DNA from: Legionella sp.
GTDB taxonomy: Bacteria; Pseudomonadota; Gammaproteobacteria; Legionellales; Legionellaceae
Direction of reading: 5' to 3'
NCBI GenBank assembly: GCA_002863045.1
Contig: PKDH01000036.1
Coordinates: 3,630 to 67,629 of the forward strand
DNA length: 64,000 nt
This document shows, one piece after another, positions 8,645-18,206 of this stretch (position 1 is its first letter; each line of letters starts with the position of its first letter). The notes beneath the pieces are model-generated. The model had not been told where the DNA came from. It saw only the letters and a list, made by a program, of their open reading frames with translations, and did no database searches. Made by a program: the position numbers and the translations under genes.

Positions 8645-9773
8645 GTAAACGATGTAAATGATGGAATAAAAGTTCAATATCTTTAGGTTTGTGGTCTGCG
8701 TTTAAAACAATTCTTAACCCTGTATCAGGTTTTGATAGAGTTGGGTAGCGCATGGGATAACATAAAATACCTACCTTATTAAGTTCTTCTGCATATCTCA
8801 AAGCTTTAACAGGACAACCCAGTTTAAGCTGCTGAATTGCGGTTTGCGATGCGCTCCATGATAACGGTGAACAAATTACATTTTCATGAAAATAGCGAAT
8901 AATATTATTTAATTGACAACGCTTATCATCAGCTGCCATAACGAACTCTAATGCATGAATTAATCCCCAAGTTAAAGCGGGACTTATCGCTGTAGTATAT
9001 ATATTGCTACGAGCACACTGATAAAGTGCTTCAATCCATAGCTTTTCTCCAACAACAACTGCTCCTTGGCAATTAAGTGCTTTACCAAAAGCTATCATAC
9101 GCAAAGGAACGGTATCTTGCTTTAAATTAAAATAGGCAGTTGCTCCGAGTCCGTGAGGTCCTAACACGCCAAACGCATGCGCTTCGTCAACAAAACATTT
9201 GATATAGGTGTTTTTTTGACAAACTGAACGAAACAAATTTAATTCACTTATTTGCCCACTTATACTAAATACACCTTCTGTTAAAATTAGTTTGAGTGTT
9301 TGATTATGGTCTATTTTAGATAATAAATGTTGAATGGAATTATGAGCAAATCGTTGATATTTTATATTAGAAGCTTTTAAGCCATCGTAGATAGAAGCAT
9401 GGCAAGATTTATCAACCAATGCTTGGCTTTGAAGATAAGCCATTAAATTCATAATACTCAAATTAGCGCTAAACCCCGAATTAAAGAGTAAAGCGCTATC
9501 GCACTGAGTGTACGAAGCAAAATTTTGTTCAAGCGTTTGATGCAAAGGATGATAGCCAGATACTGTCATTGATGCCCCACTGCCTATCGGGTAATTGGTA
9601 AAACCATCTATATAATGTTGACGCAATGCCTTATTAGCACCTAGTGATAAATAATCATTGGAAGTGAAATTTAATTGTTCGGCTGATAGCTTTAAAGGCA
9701 TGCGCGAGCGTTTTAAATGTTGCTTATCTAAAGCCTTAAGTTTACTCGTGAGTATTGTGTTAAAAGTTGTCAT
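8628..9773 (-). CDS. bioF: 8-amino-7-oxononanoate synthase
   Basis: 381 aa, PLP-dependent alpha-oxoamine synthase pattern (NDYLSL, DEAHAFGVLG, FGKAL lysine region). It lies between bioB and bioH. Confidence 0.9.
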   Translation of the reverse strand: MTTFNTILTSKLKALDKQHLKRSRMPLKLSAEQLNFTSNDYLSLGANKALRQHYIDGFTNYPIGSGASMTVSGYHPLHQTLEQNFASYTQCDSALLFNSGFSANLSIMNLMAYLQSQALVDKSCHASIYDGLKASNIKYQRFAHNSIQHLLSKIDHNQTLKLILTEGVFSISGQISELNLFRSVCQKNTYIKCFVDEAHAFGVLGPHGLGATAYFNLKQDTVPLRMIAFGKALNCQGAVVVGEKLWIEALYQCARSNIYTTAISPALTWGLIHALEFVMAADDKRCQLNNIIRYFHENVICSPLSWSASQTAIQQLKLGCPVKALRYAEELNKVGILCYPMRYPTLSKPDTGLRIVLNADHKPKDIELLFHHLHRLHDFIH

Positions 9774-10716
9774 GGAATGCTACGAGCCCTAATTTTTTAA
9801 ATAAATTTTTATCTTTGTGGGTTTTAGGATTCGCTTCTGTTAAAAGTTTATCACCAATAAAAACGGAGTTAGCGCCACAAAAAAAACACAAGGCTTGTAA
9901 TTCATCACTCATCTCTGTGCGACCGGCTGTTAAGCGAATCATACTTTTAGGCATAGTAATGCGCGCTGTGGCAATGGTTCTGACTAATTCAATGCCTTCT
10001 ACTTCAGGTGTATCAGCTAAACGGGTTCCTTTTACTGGAATTAAACGATTGATTGGTACACTTTCCGGCGGAGGTGACATATTGGCTAGTGTTAAAAGAA
10101 ATTCCATTCTATCTAAAGGAGTTTCACCTAATCCAACAATGCCACCACAGCAAACTTGAATACCAGCTTCGCGAACATGATTGATAGTGTCTAGACGTGC
10201 TTCGAAGGTTCTTGTGGTAACAACTTTCTTATAGTAGGTAGGCGATGTATCAATATTATGATTATAGAAATCAAGACCAGCTTCTTTAAGTTCAACAGCC
10301 TGTTGTTTAGTAAGCATACCTAATGTCATACAGGTTTCCAAACCTAATGCTTTGACTCCTTCTATCATACATTTTAATTCAGGCATGGCTTTATCAGGCA
10401 CTAAACGCCATGCAGCACCCATACAAAAACGTTTTGCCCCACGAGCTTTAGCATCTTTAGCATTTTGTAAAACTTGCGTTAAGCTTAAAAGTTTTTCTTT
10501 TTCCACATGTGTTTTCACTAAACCGCTTTGCGAGCAATAACCACAGTCTTCAGGACAAGCGCCTGTCTTAATACTTAAAAGAGTCGCTACTTCTAGATGA
10601 TTTGGTTGGTGATGCGCACGATGGATAGTGTGGGCATTATACATCAGATCGTGAAAAGGCTGGGTATAAATGGTTTTGATGCTTTCTAATGTCCAATTAG
10701 GGGTTAATTGATTCAT
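9760..10716 (-). CDS. bioB: Biotin synthase (radical SAM)
   Basis: LLSIKTGACPEDCGYCSQS contains the CxxxCxxC cluster. It aligns with E. coli BioB along its whole length. The start is moved to the ATG at 10716 (MNQLTPNWTLESI...) by homology; the track ORF extends to 10749. Confidence 0.95.
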   Translation of the reverse strand: MNQLTPNWTLESIKTIYTQPFHDLMYNAHTIHRAHHQPNHLEVATLLSIKTGACPEDCGYCSQSGLVKTHVEKEKLLSLTQVLQNAKDAKARGAKRFCMGAAWRLVPDKAMPELKCMIEGVKALGLETCMTLGMLTKQQAVELKEAGLDFYNHNIDTSPTYYKKVVTTRTFEARLDTINHVREAGIQVCCGGIVGLGETPLDRMEFLLTLANMSPPPESVPINRLIPVKGTRLADTPEVEGIELVRTIATARITMPKSMIRLTAGRTEMSDELQALCFFCGANSVFIGDKLLTEANPKTHKDKNLFKKLGLVAFHDNF

Positions 10717-10790
10717 ATTATTTTTTATATTGTAAATATAGAGTGACATGATAAAGTGCGCTCACCCGTTGTCAACTTATTTTAAAATTT

Positions 10791-12104
10791 ATGGTTAACA
10801 CAGATAAATTAATCGCTCGTGATTTAAGACACATTTGGCATCCTTGTAGCCGCATGCAAGATTTTAAATCTTACCCACCTATTATAGTGAATAAGGCAAA
10901 AGGTAGCCTGATTTACACAAACCATGGCCAAATACTTGATGGCATTTCAAGTTGGTGGTGTAAATCACTGGGACATCACCACCCTGCCGTTATATCTGCA
11001 ATAAAAAAACAGCTTAGTCAATTCGAACATGTCATTGGTGCTAATACGACGCATCCGGCGATTGTATCTTTGGGTGAAAAACTGGCAAAAATATCAGGTA
11101 AAGCACACGTATATTTTGCCAGCGATGGTTCATCTGCTGTTGAAATTGCCCTTAAATTAGCCTTACACGCTAGTCAAATTAAAGGTCAGGCACGTCAAGA
11201 ATTTATTGCTTTGAAAAATGGTTATCACGGTGAAACATTGGGCACTATGAGTGTGAGTGATGTCGAATGCCATAGTAAGCCTTATAGTGGATTGGGAGTT
11301 AAAACCCATTTCATTGACCCAGGTCCTTATGGGTCTTGTCCATTGAATTCTGATATAGCTGAAATAAATCAACACTGGCAAACAATATTACCTTATTTAG
11401 AAATGATTAAGCAGCAATGCTGTGCCCTTATTGTAGAGCCATTGATTCAAGGAGCTGCTGGTATGTATTGTTATAGCCGTTATTTTTTAGAAAAAATTTG
11501 TTTATGGGCTAAATCAAATGATTTATACATTATTTTTGATGAGATTATGACGGGTATTGGGCGAACTGGCACCTGGCTTGCAGCAGACCATTTAAATATA
11601 ACCGCTGATATAATTTGTTTATCTAAAGGTTTGACCAGCGGTACATTACCCCTTAGCTGTGTGCTTATTGATACATCAATTTTTCAACTGTTTTATGATA
11701 ATAAAACTCACCCGCCTTTTTTGCACTCCCATACCTACAGTGGTCACGCTTTAGCCGTAAGCGCCGCACTTGCTACACTTCAAAGCATAGAACAAGAGCA
11801 TGTTTTGCAGCACACAAGAATAATTAGTCAAAAAATGTTGCAATTTTTTCATGATATTGCAGCTACGACTGGTAAAATTACAAATATACGCGCGCTTGGC
11901 TGCATGGTTGCTGGTGAATTAGAAAATGATCATAAACCACACTTAGGGCAGCGCTTTGCTCAATACGCTTTAAAACATGGTGCCCTACTGCGTCCTATCA
12001 ATCAGACTTTGTACTGGTTACCGCCTCTCAACACATCTTGTGAACACATTACCCATTTAGCCGAAATCACTCTAAACTCAATATATGACTTATATCGAAC
12101 CTAA
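10791..12104 (+). CDS. bioA: Adenosylmethionine-8-amino-7-oxononanoate aminotransferase
   Basis: 437 aa class III aminotransferase (WWCKSLGHHHP, FDEIMTGIGRTG, LSKGLTSG). It is divergent from bioB, as in most bio loci. Confidence 0.95.
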   Translation: MVNTDKLIARDLRHIWHPCSRMQDFKSYPPIIVNKAKGSLIYTNHGQILDGISSWWCKSLGHHHPAVISAIKKQLSQFEHVIGANTTHPAIVSLGEKLAKISGKAHVYFASDGSSAVEIALKLALHASQIKGQARQEFIALKNGYHGETLGTMSVSDVECHSKPYSGLGVKTHFIDPGPYGSCPLNSDIAEINQHWQTILPYLEMIKQQCCALIVEPLIQGAAGMYCYSRYFLEKICLWAKSNDLYIIFDEIMTGIGRTGTWLAADHLNITADIICLSKGLTSGTLPLSCVLIDTSIFQLFYDNKTHPPFLHSHTYSGHALAVSAALATLQSIEQEHVLQHTRIISQKMLQFFHDIAATTGKITNIRALGCMVAGELENDHKPHLGQRFAQYALKHGALLRPINQTLYWLPPLNTSCEHITHLAEITLNSIYDLYRT

Positions 12105-12110
12105 TAAATC

Positions 12111-13679
12111 ATGCCCTTCTTAAAACAAGGAAACCGTGTTGAGCGTAATTTTTTAGCTATATGGTTGTTTTTCACCCTTATCTGTTTGGGAGCTATTTTA
12201 TGTTTACAATGGCATGAAACCCACGTAGATAATAAACGTGATTATCAAATTGAAGCCCATCTTTTGGCTTATCATCTTAATAATTACACCAGTGATTTGC
12301 TTGATACGATTCAAATTTTAGCCTTTAAAAAAATAAATACTGATAGCTGTAATGCTCATCAATCAACCATACGAGCCATGTTGTTTGATAATCCTACTAT
12401 ATCTGGCATTGTGATTGCTGATTCACATTATCGCGTATTATGCTCAAGTGGTGCTTCAAATAATCAGCGGTATATTTTACCTGCTCAACAAAATGTCGTG
12501 GCATTACTTGGGCCTTACCAACTGCTAAGTCATCCTGATAAACCTTTTTTTATTTTACAAAAAAAGTTTAATGATTCTGTAATTGGCGTCATCATTTTAA
12601 AATCTGTGCTTATTGATATGATTAATAACTTCACACATCAATTTGTCTATATTGGTCTTTATGATGAGATTCAAAAAAAAATGCTGTTATCGATGGGCGA
12701 CCCTGGTTATCATACATTTAACATGTCGTATTTTTATCAACCACAAGAAATCAATTTGCATCGCTTAAGTCAACTAACACTAATTGCTTACCCACCTCGA
12801 TTTACATTTTCCAAACAAATATTGATAAACGCTTTAAAGGTTGCACTACCCATTTTATTCACATCAATTATTTTATATTCTTATTGTCGCCGCATTTTGC
12901 GTTATCGTATATCACTTAGTTATGCTTTGAGTGTGGCACTACAAAAAAAGCAATTTTACCCGGTATATCAGGCCATATGGAACAATGAGTTACAAAAATT
13001 TAGTGCGGCTGAAGTCCTTGTACGATGGAAAACCTCTGATGGTACGATTATTAATCCCGAGCAATTTATTGATGAGGCCGAAAAAACTGGTTTAATAGTA
13101 CCAATAACCCTACAACTTGTAGAGCATGTTTTTAACGAAACCAAATCGATGCTGTCTGCTTACCCATTTTTTTATCTAAGTTTTAATATTGCACCTAGGC
13201 ATTTTTATTCCTCCCATTTTTTTGAGGATTTTTACAAGTTATGTGCTGAATTTGGGATTAATCCCGCACAAATCATGCTCGAATTAACTGAGCGGGAATT
13301 ATTTAACCATACAGATTCAGCCATTCTTGAGCGCATGCAACAATTACGCCAAAAAGGCTTTCACTTAGCTATCGATGATTTTGGTACAGGGCAGTCTAAT
13401 ATTAACTATTTACATACATTTCCATTTAACTATTTAAAAATTGATAAACTTTTTGTACATTCAATTGGTACAGGCGCTGTAACTGAAGTATTAAGTAGTA
13501 CAATTATTGAAATGGCTAATTTACTTGATTTAAATATTGTCGCAGAAGGTGTTGAACATAAGGCTCAATGTGATTATTTAGCGCAAAAGGGTGTCAAACT
13601 ACTTCAAGGATGGTTTTACACCAAACCTTTAGTATTTCACTTATTTAAAACATTTATTCAAACTCATAATACAAGGTAA
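12111..13679 (+). CDS. CSS-motif-domain membrane c-di-GMP phosphodiesterase (EAL domain)
   Basis: The layout is TM1, a periplasmic domain with Cys80 and the motif L-C111-S-S, TM2, then an EAL domain. The EAL domain carries an intact catalytic set (EVLVR, FNIAP, LELTE, DDFGTGQS, KIDK, EGVE, QGWFY). The gene starts 6 nt after bioA. Confidence 0.85.
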   Translation: MPFLKQGNRVERNFLAIWLFFTLICLGAILCLQWHETHVDNKRDYQIEAHLLAYHLNNYTSDLLDTIQILAFKKINTDSCNAHQSTIRAMLFDNPTISGIVIADSHYRVLCSSGASNNQRYILPAQQNVVALLGPYQLLSHPDKPFFILQKKFNDSVIGVIILKSVLIDMINNFTHQFVYIGLYDEIQKKMLLSMGDPGYHTFNMSYFYQPQEINLHRLSQLTLIAYPPRFTFSKQILINALKVALPILFTSIILYSYCRRILRYRISLSYALSVALQKKQFYPVYQAIWNNELQKFSAAEVLVRWKTSDGTIINPEQFIDEAEKTGLIVPITLQLVEHVFNETKSMLSAYPFFYLSFNIAPRHFYSSHFFEDFYKLCAEFGINPAQIMLELTERELFNHTDSAILERMQQLRQKGFHLAIDDFGTGQSNINYLHTFPFNYLKIDKLFVHSIGTGAVTEVLSSTIIEMANLLDLNIVAEGVEHKAQCDYLAQKGVKLLQGWFYTKPLVFHLFKTFIQTHNTR

Positions 13680-13684
13680 TCAAG

Positions 13685-14110
13685 ATGAAGCAATGTGTTT
13701 TATTTATAGGATTGTGTGTACTTACTCATCATGCAAGCGCTAACCATAACTGGCTATGTGTAGCAGAAGATCGTTATCATCACAGTTGGCAAGCAACAGG
13801 ATACCATGAACAAATCGCACTTAACCGTGCTTTTGATGCTTGCAAGAAAAATAGTCATCTACCGTTTAGCTGTAGCGTAAGTCAAGCATCTTGCACAGCT
13901 TATGATTCTAAGCTTTTAACGACTGCTGGCTTTCAATGTGTGGCTATTGATAAATTAGCCACAGCCTGGGTGGGTAATACCTACCGAACGCCTGCTAAAG
14001 CATTGATGGCCGCCAAACGCTACTGTCAAAATCAAAGCCCTCTTCCTGATACATGTTATACCTATCCTATATTATGCAAGACGGTTATATTTCCGGTAAA
14101 ACAAACTTAG
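13685..14110 (+). CDS. Secreted protein made of two Cys-patterned repeats (C-x27/28-C-x9-C-x6-C), possibly DUF4189-like
   Basis: It has a signal peptide (MKQCVLFIGLCVLTHHASA). Repeat 1 is LCVAEDRYHHSW...DACKKNSHLPFSCSVSQASC. Repeat 2 is FQCVAIDKLATAW...RYCQNQSPLPDTCYTYPILC. The Cys spacing is the same in both. Confidence 0.7.
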   Translation: MKQCVLFIGLCVLTHHASANHNWLCVAEDRYHHSWQATGYHEQIALNRAFDACKKNSHLPFSCSVSQASCTAYDSKLLTTAGFQCVAIDKLATAWVGNTYRTPAKALMAAKRYCQNQSPLPDTCYTYPILCKTVIFPVKQT

Positions 14111-14112
14111 CC

Positions 14113-14715
14113 ATGTATAGTGTCGGTATAACGGGTAATATTGCGTGCGGTAAATCTCAAGCTTTAAATTTTTTTAAAGCTTTAGGGGCTAAAACCATAA
14201 GCGCTGATATAATTGCTCGCACATTAACAGTAGCCGGACAACCTGCATGGCATAAAATTGTTCAGCATTTTTCAACGCATATCTTAAAGGATGATAATGA
14301 ACTTAATCGTACTTTATTACGCGAGATTATTTCGCAAAATTCGCTTGAAAGAATATGGCTTGAATCGCTACTACACCCATTAATTAGACTTGAAATTCAA
14401 CATTTTATACAAAATAATACATCAGATTTAACTGTTGTTGAAATTCCGCTTTTATTAAATCGCGCTGATTATCCTTATCTTAATCGAATTTTAGTCTTAC
14501 TCGTGCCAAGCGATATTCAATTACAACGTCTTTTGATGCGTGATGGCTGCACAATAAAGCAAGCTCAAGCAATGATGGCTTTGCAGCCAAGCGAGCACGT
14601 GCGCCGTCAGGTAGCCGATGATATTATTATCAATTCAGCTGATAAAAATAAACTTAAGCATGACATTACACATTTATATGAAAAATATACATTTTTAGCT
14701 CAAAATCATTTTTAA
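14113..14715 (+). CDS. coaE: Dephospho-CoA kinase
   Basis: MYSVGITGNIACGKS P-loop and typical length (200 aa). The start is moved to the ATG at 14113, 2 nt after the upstream stop; the track ORF starts at 14053. Confidence 0.9.
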   Translation: MYSVGITGNIACGKSQALNFFKALGAKTISADIIARTLTVAGQPAWHKIVQHFSTHILKDDNELNRTLLREIISQNSLERIWLESLLHPLIRLEIQHFIQNNTSDLTVVEIPLLLNRADYPYLNRILVLLVPSDIQLQRLLMRDGCTIKQAQAMMALQPSEHVRRQVADDIIINSADKNKLKHDITHLYEKYTFLAQNHF

Positions 14716-14784
14716 AAGTTTTTCTAAATAAGGATTTGGTGATAAGGTGAGAGCTATCTATGCCATGACTAAAGGATTGACTGC

Positions 14785-15522
14785 ATGACTGATAGCATTA
14801 CATTTGAGTTAGCGACCCATTATTTATCAAAAATTACGCTGCGTTTAAAATTTTTATTAAACACCATCGCAGAGTCGTTAAATAAAGACCATGCCATCAT
14901 TCACCGCGCCGCTTTAATTAATTTAGTAGAAATAGGACAGCTTACTGAAAAACCTGAACTTAAAAGTCGTTTTCTTAAAGAATTAATGCGTATTGAACAC
15001 CTTATTCAAAAAAAAAATCTTGTTATATCTTCATCAACTGAACTTAAACTACAAAATCAAATTCAAAAATTAACAAATTGCGCCAATTTTTTTAATCAAG
15101 CAATTAATACTGACCCCTTTTTACAGGCCATTCGAAACTATAAACTTACATCCTGCCAAGAGCCCTGTCCATTTGAGCTTCTTTCCTGGTTAAATTGGTC
15201 GGAAGAAACAAGGCAAAACTATCTTAAAAATTGGCTTATGACGCTTGAAACATTGAGCAGTACTGTCGATTTTTATGCAATATTACTTAGCGAGCAATCA
15301 ATCTTTCACACCATTGAAGTCAGACAAGGTTTTTTTCATCATCCCATGCAAAAAATAGCTTCGTGTCATTTAATATCATTACAAATCAAAAAAAATATTC
15401 ATGTGGTGCCGCAAATGCATCTAGGGCATCACGGCTTGAGCTTGCGGCTTATTGAGTTACCAAGCATGCGAGAAATAGATATACCCTTACTTTCAGTTAG
15501 GCTTGCCATATGTCAATTTTAA
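14785..15522 (+). CDS. zapD: Cell division protein ZapD (YacF family)
   Basis: 245 aa, in the conserved position after coaE. The N-terminal FELATHYLSKITLRLKFLL and the C-terminal ...LSVRLAICQF parallel E. coli ZapD (FEHPLNEKMRTWLRIEFLI ... DFELACC, as I recall it). Confidence 0.75.
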   Translation: MTDSITFELATHYLSKITLRLKFLLNTIAESLNKDHAIIHRAALINLVEIGQLTEKPELKSRFLKELMRIEHLIQKKNLVISSSTELKLQNQIQKLTNCANFFNQAINTDPFLQAIRNYKLTSCQEPCPFELLSWLNWSEETRQNYLKNWLMTLETLSSTVDFYAILLSEQSIFHTIEVRQGFFHHPMQKIASCHLISLQIKKNIHVVPQMHLGHHGLSLRLIELPSMREIDIPLLSVRLAICQF

Positions 15523-15527
15523 AAAAG

Positions 15528-17048
15528 CTATTTAAGATTGAATTCAATTCCCTGCGCTAATGGCACAATATCCCCCCAATTAATCGTAGTTGTCTGACGC
15601 CGCATATAAGCCTTCCAAGCATCAGAACCGGCTTCCCGACCACCACCTGTTTCTTTTTCACCTCCAAAAGCACCGCCAATCTCAGCGCCTGAAGTACCAA
15701 TGTTCACATTGGCAATACCACAATCACTTCCTAATGCGCTTAAGAAATACTCAGCGTGTTTGAGCTCATTAGTAAAAATTGCCGAGGATAATCCTTGTGG
15801 TACGTTATTATGAACTTGAAGTGCTTGGTCCATAGATTGAAAAGACATAACATACAAAATAGGTGCAAATGTTTCACTTTGTACAATAGCATCGGTTGGC
15901 TTAAGTTGACTAACAATGGTGGGCTGAACGAAATAACCTGCTTGCTCTATTACTTCGCCACCAAAAATAATATGACCGCCAGCAACTTTTATTGAATGAA
16001 TGGTCTGCTTAAATTGATTGACAGCCTGCTGGTCTATCAATGGCCCCATTAAATTTTGAGTATCAAGCGGGTTACCAATTGTAACTTGTTGATAAGCTTT
16101 TTTAAGTTTGTCTAATACTTCATCAAATAACGATTCATGAATGAGTAGGCGGCGTGTGCTTGTGCATCGCTGACCGGCAGTTCCCACTGCCCCGAACACA
16201 ATGGCCGGAATAGCAAGGGCTAAATCAGCACTTTTGTCCAAAATGATAGCATTATTACCACCTAATTCCAAAATAGTCTGACCTAGACGAGCTGCAACTT
16301 GTTGGGCTATTTTTTTGCCAACAGCAGTAGAACCTGTAAAAGATAATAAAGGTACACGTTTATCCATCACAAGTTGATGAGCCACATCATGTTCAGTTGG
16401 AATAACCAAATTAAAAATAGCGGGTAGATTATTTTTTGCTAAAACTTCGTTACAAATCAATTGTACAGCAACAGCGCACAAAGGTGTTTTAGTCGATGGT
16501 TTCCAAACAGTTACATTACCGCATATAGCCGCTATAAAAGCATTCCACGCCCATACAGCCACTGGAAAATTAAAAGCAGAAATAACCCCTACAATTCCAT
16601 AGGGATGCCACTGTTCATACATGCGATGGTTAGGACGCTCTGAATGCATGGTCTTGCCATAAAGCATGCGTGATTGACCGAGCGCAAAATCAGCAATATC
16701 AATCATTTCTTGCACTTCACCATCACCCTCTACTTTCGATTTCCCCATCTCTAAAGCCACTAGACTGCCTAGTGCATCTTTTTTTTCACGAAGCAATTGA
16801 CCGATTTGGCGTACAATTTCCCCACGTTTAGGTGCAGGATATTGACGCCAAATGTGGGCAGCTTCTTGGGCATAATCTAATATTTTAGCCATCGATTCGG
16901 CTGAACATGGGTAAATAGCGGCAATTTCCTCGCCTGTTGCGGGATTATAGGATACAAGTTTACTGGCTGTGGGCGCTGCTTCCCACTGATTACCGGCATA
17001 AGCACCAATGTTTAGTTGGTCTAAATTTAATTTTTCCAAACAATGCAT
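15528..17048 (-). CDS. ALDH7-type aldehyde dehydrogenase (alpha-aminoadipic semialdehyde / piperideine-6-carboxylate dehydrogenase-like)
   Basis: Aldehyde dehydrogenase motifs are present (ELGGNNA, GQRCTS). The stretch [13 protein letters not shown]...[19 protein letters not shown] is characteristic of the ALDH7/AmaB subgroup. The start is set at the ATG at 17048, which is preceded by AAAGGAGATATC. Confidence 0.85.
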   Translation of the reverse strand: MHCLEKLNLDQLNIGAYAGNQWEAAPTASKLVSYNPATGEEIAAIYPCSAESMAKILDYAQEAAHIWRQYPAPKRGEIVRQIGQLLREKKDALGSLVALEMGKSKVEGDGEVQEMIDIADFALGQSRMLYGKTMHSERPNHRMYEQWHPYGIVGVISAFNFPVAVWAWNAFIAAICGNVTVWKPSTKTPLCAVAVQLICNEVLAKNNLPAIFNLVIPTEHDVAHQLVMDKRVPLLSFTGSTAVGKKIAQQVAARLGQTILELGGNNAIILDKSADLALAIPAIVFGAVGTAGQRCTSTRRLLIHESLFDEVLDKLKKAYQQVTIGNPLDTQNLMGPLIDQQAVNQFKQTIHSIKVAGGHIIFGGEVIEQAGYFVQPTIVSQLKPTDAIVQSETFAPILYVMSFQSMDQALQVHNNVPQGLSSAIFTNELKHAEYFLSALGSDCGIANVNIGTSGAEIGGAFGGEKETGGGREAGSDAWKAYMRRQTTTINWGDIVPLAQGIEFNLK

Positions 17049-17061
17049 GATATCTCCTTTT

Positions 17062-18147
17062 TCAAGCAAAATATTGACCAAAAGAGCTGGCAAGTACTGC
17101 TTTTAAACTGATTTGTTCTTGTAATACCAAACCTTTTAAACTTTTATCCTTTAAAACGGTTTCCATAACTGCACAAACTCCTGCCGCAGTTGCAACTTGA
17201 ATAGCTGACCAATTAAGCGCATGAATGGATTGTGGATAGATTTTTTTAACATAACTTTTTTCTATCAAAACATCCTGCTCAATACCTTGAGCATTGACAT
17301 AAATTAACACAACATCTTGATAGGTGCGCGGTAGCGCTTTTTCAAGAATTGCTTTAAGCGTTTTACGGTCATCATTAAGTTTTAGGTCGTTCATTAAAAA
17401 ACGTATTTTCTCATTGTGACCTGGGTAGCGAATGGTTTTGTAATTAAGTGTTTGGATTTTATTTTGATATAATTTTGTGAGGCTGCCTAAGCCACCTGAC
17501 GTATTAAACGCCTCATAAACATCACCATCTAATTCAAGCGGCTCTAAACCTTCTAACGGTTTAACTGTGGTTACATTACCATTTTCAATGGCTTCACACA
17601 GATTGCCATATTCATTGATAACGCCCTCTGTAGACCAAGTAAGACTATAGTGCAAAAGATGACGACTAAATTGTGGTAGTGCCCCAACACGCAGATGGGC
17701 GTGTAAACATTCATCAAACTGCTCAATCAAGTCATGCGCCACAATTCCAACAAAACCTGGCGCCAAACCACATTGTGGCACAAATATGTTTTGTGTCGAT
17801 TGAGCTAAATGACCAATTTGCTCGGTAACATGAGTATCTTCAGTTAAATCAAAGTAAGTAACTTTTGCCTGCGATGCCGCTCGTGCGACATGTAAATTAA
17901 GATAAAAAGGCAGACTTGAGATAACCGCGGTTATTTTGTTGTTTTTTAAGCTATCTGCAGTGGCTTTTTCATCCGTAACATCAAGTGAAATGGCTTGAAT
18001 GTTAGGTAAATGCGCTAAGAGCTTTTTTACTTCTGTAGTTTCAAACGAGATATCTGCCAAAAAAATGCAGTCTTTGGTGTGCAAATTCAACAGGCATGCA
18101 ATCAAACTGCCAATTTTACCGGCTCCTATGACCATAATATTTTGCAT
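17062..18147 (-). CDS. Saccharopine-dehydrogenase-family NAD(P) oxidoreductase (saccharopine dehydrogenase or L-lysine 6-dehydrogenase-like)
   Basis: It has a Rossmann N-terminus ([12 protein letters not shown]) and a saccharopine-DH-like C-terminal domain, 361 aa. It lies immediately upstream of the ALDH7-type gene, 13 nt away on the same strand. Confidence 0.75.
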   Translation of the reverse strand: MQNIMVIGAGKIGSLIACLLNLHTKDCIFLADISFETTEVKKLLAHLPNIQAISLDVTDEKATADSLKNNKITAVISSLPFYLNLHVARAASQAKVTYFDLTEDTHVTEQIGHLAQSTQNIFVPQCGLAPGFVGIVAHDLIEQFDECLHAHLRVGALPQFSRHLLHYSLTWSTEGVINEYGNLCEAIENGNVTTVKPLEGLEPLELDGDVYEAFNTSGGLGSLTKLYQNKIQTLNYKTIRYPGHNEKIRFLMNDLKLNDDRKTLKAILEKALPRTYQDVVLIYVNAQGIEQDVLIEKSYVKKIYPQSIHALNWSAIQVATAAGVCAVMETVLKDKSLKGLVLQEQISLKAVLASSFGQYFA

Positions 18148-18206
18148 CTCTATCCTTATAGCCGCTGATCAAAGCTTCATCCTACACTAATGAAGTCAAA
18201 TTCGAT

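Noticed and set aside
10717-10790. Possible BirA (bioO) operator in the bioB/bioA divergent region: TTGTAAAT (10730-10737) and TTGTCAAC (10769-10776).
   Set aside because: The two TTGT(A/C)AA(T/C) words are in direct rather than inverted orientation and are 39 bp apart start to start. This does not fit the TTGTAAACC-N(14-16)-GGTTTACAA palindrome I recall for gammaproteobacterial BirA sites.
17231-17239. DnaA-box-like 9-mer TGTGGATAG (8/9 match to TGTGGATAA).
   Set aside because: It is a single copy inside a coding region, with no cluster of boxes, no AT-rich unwinding element and no dnaA/gidA context. It is not an origin.
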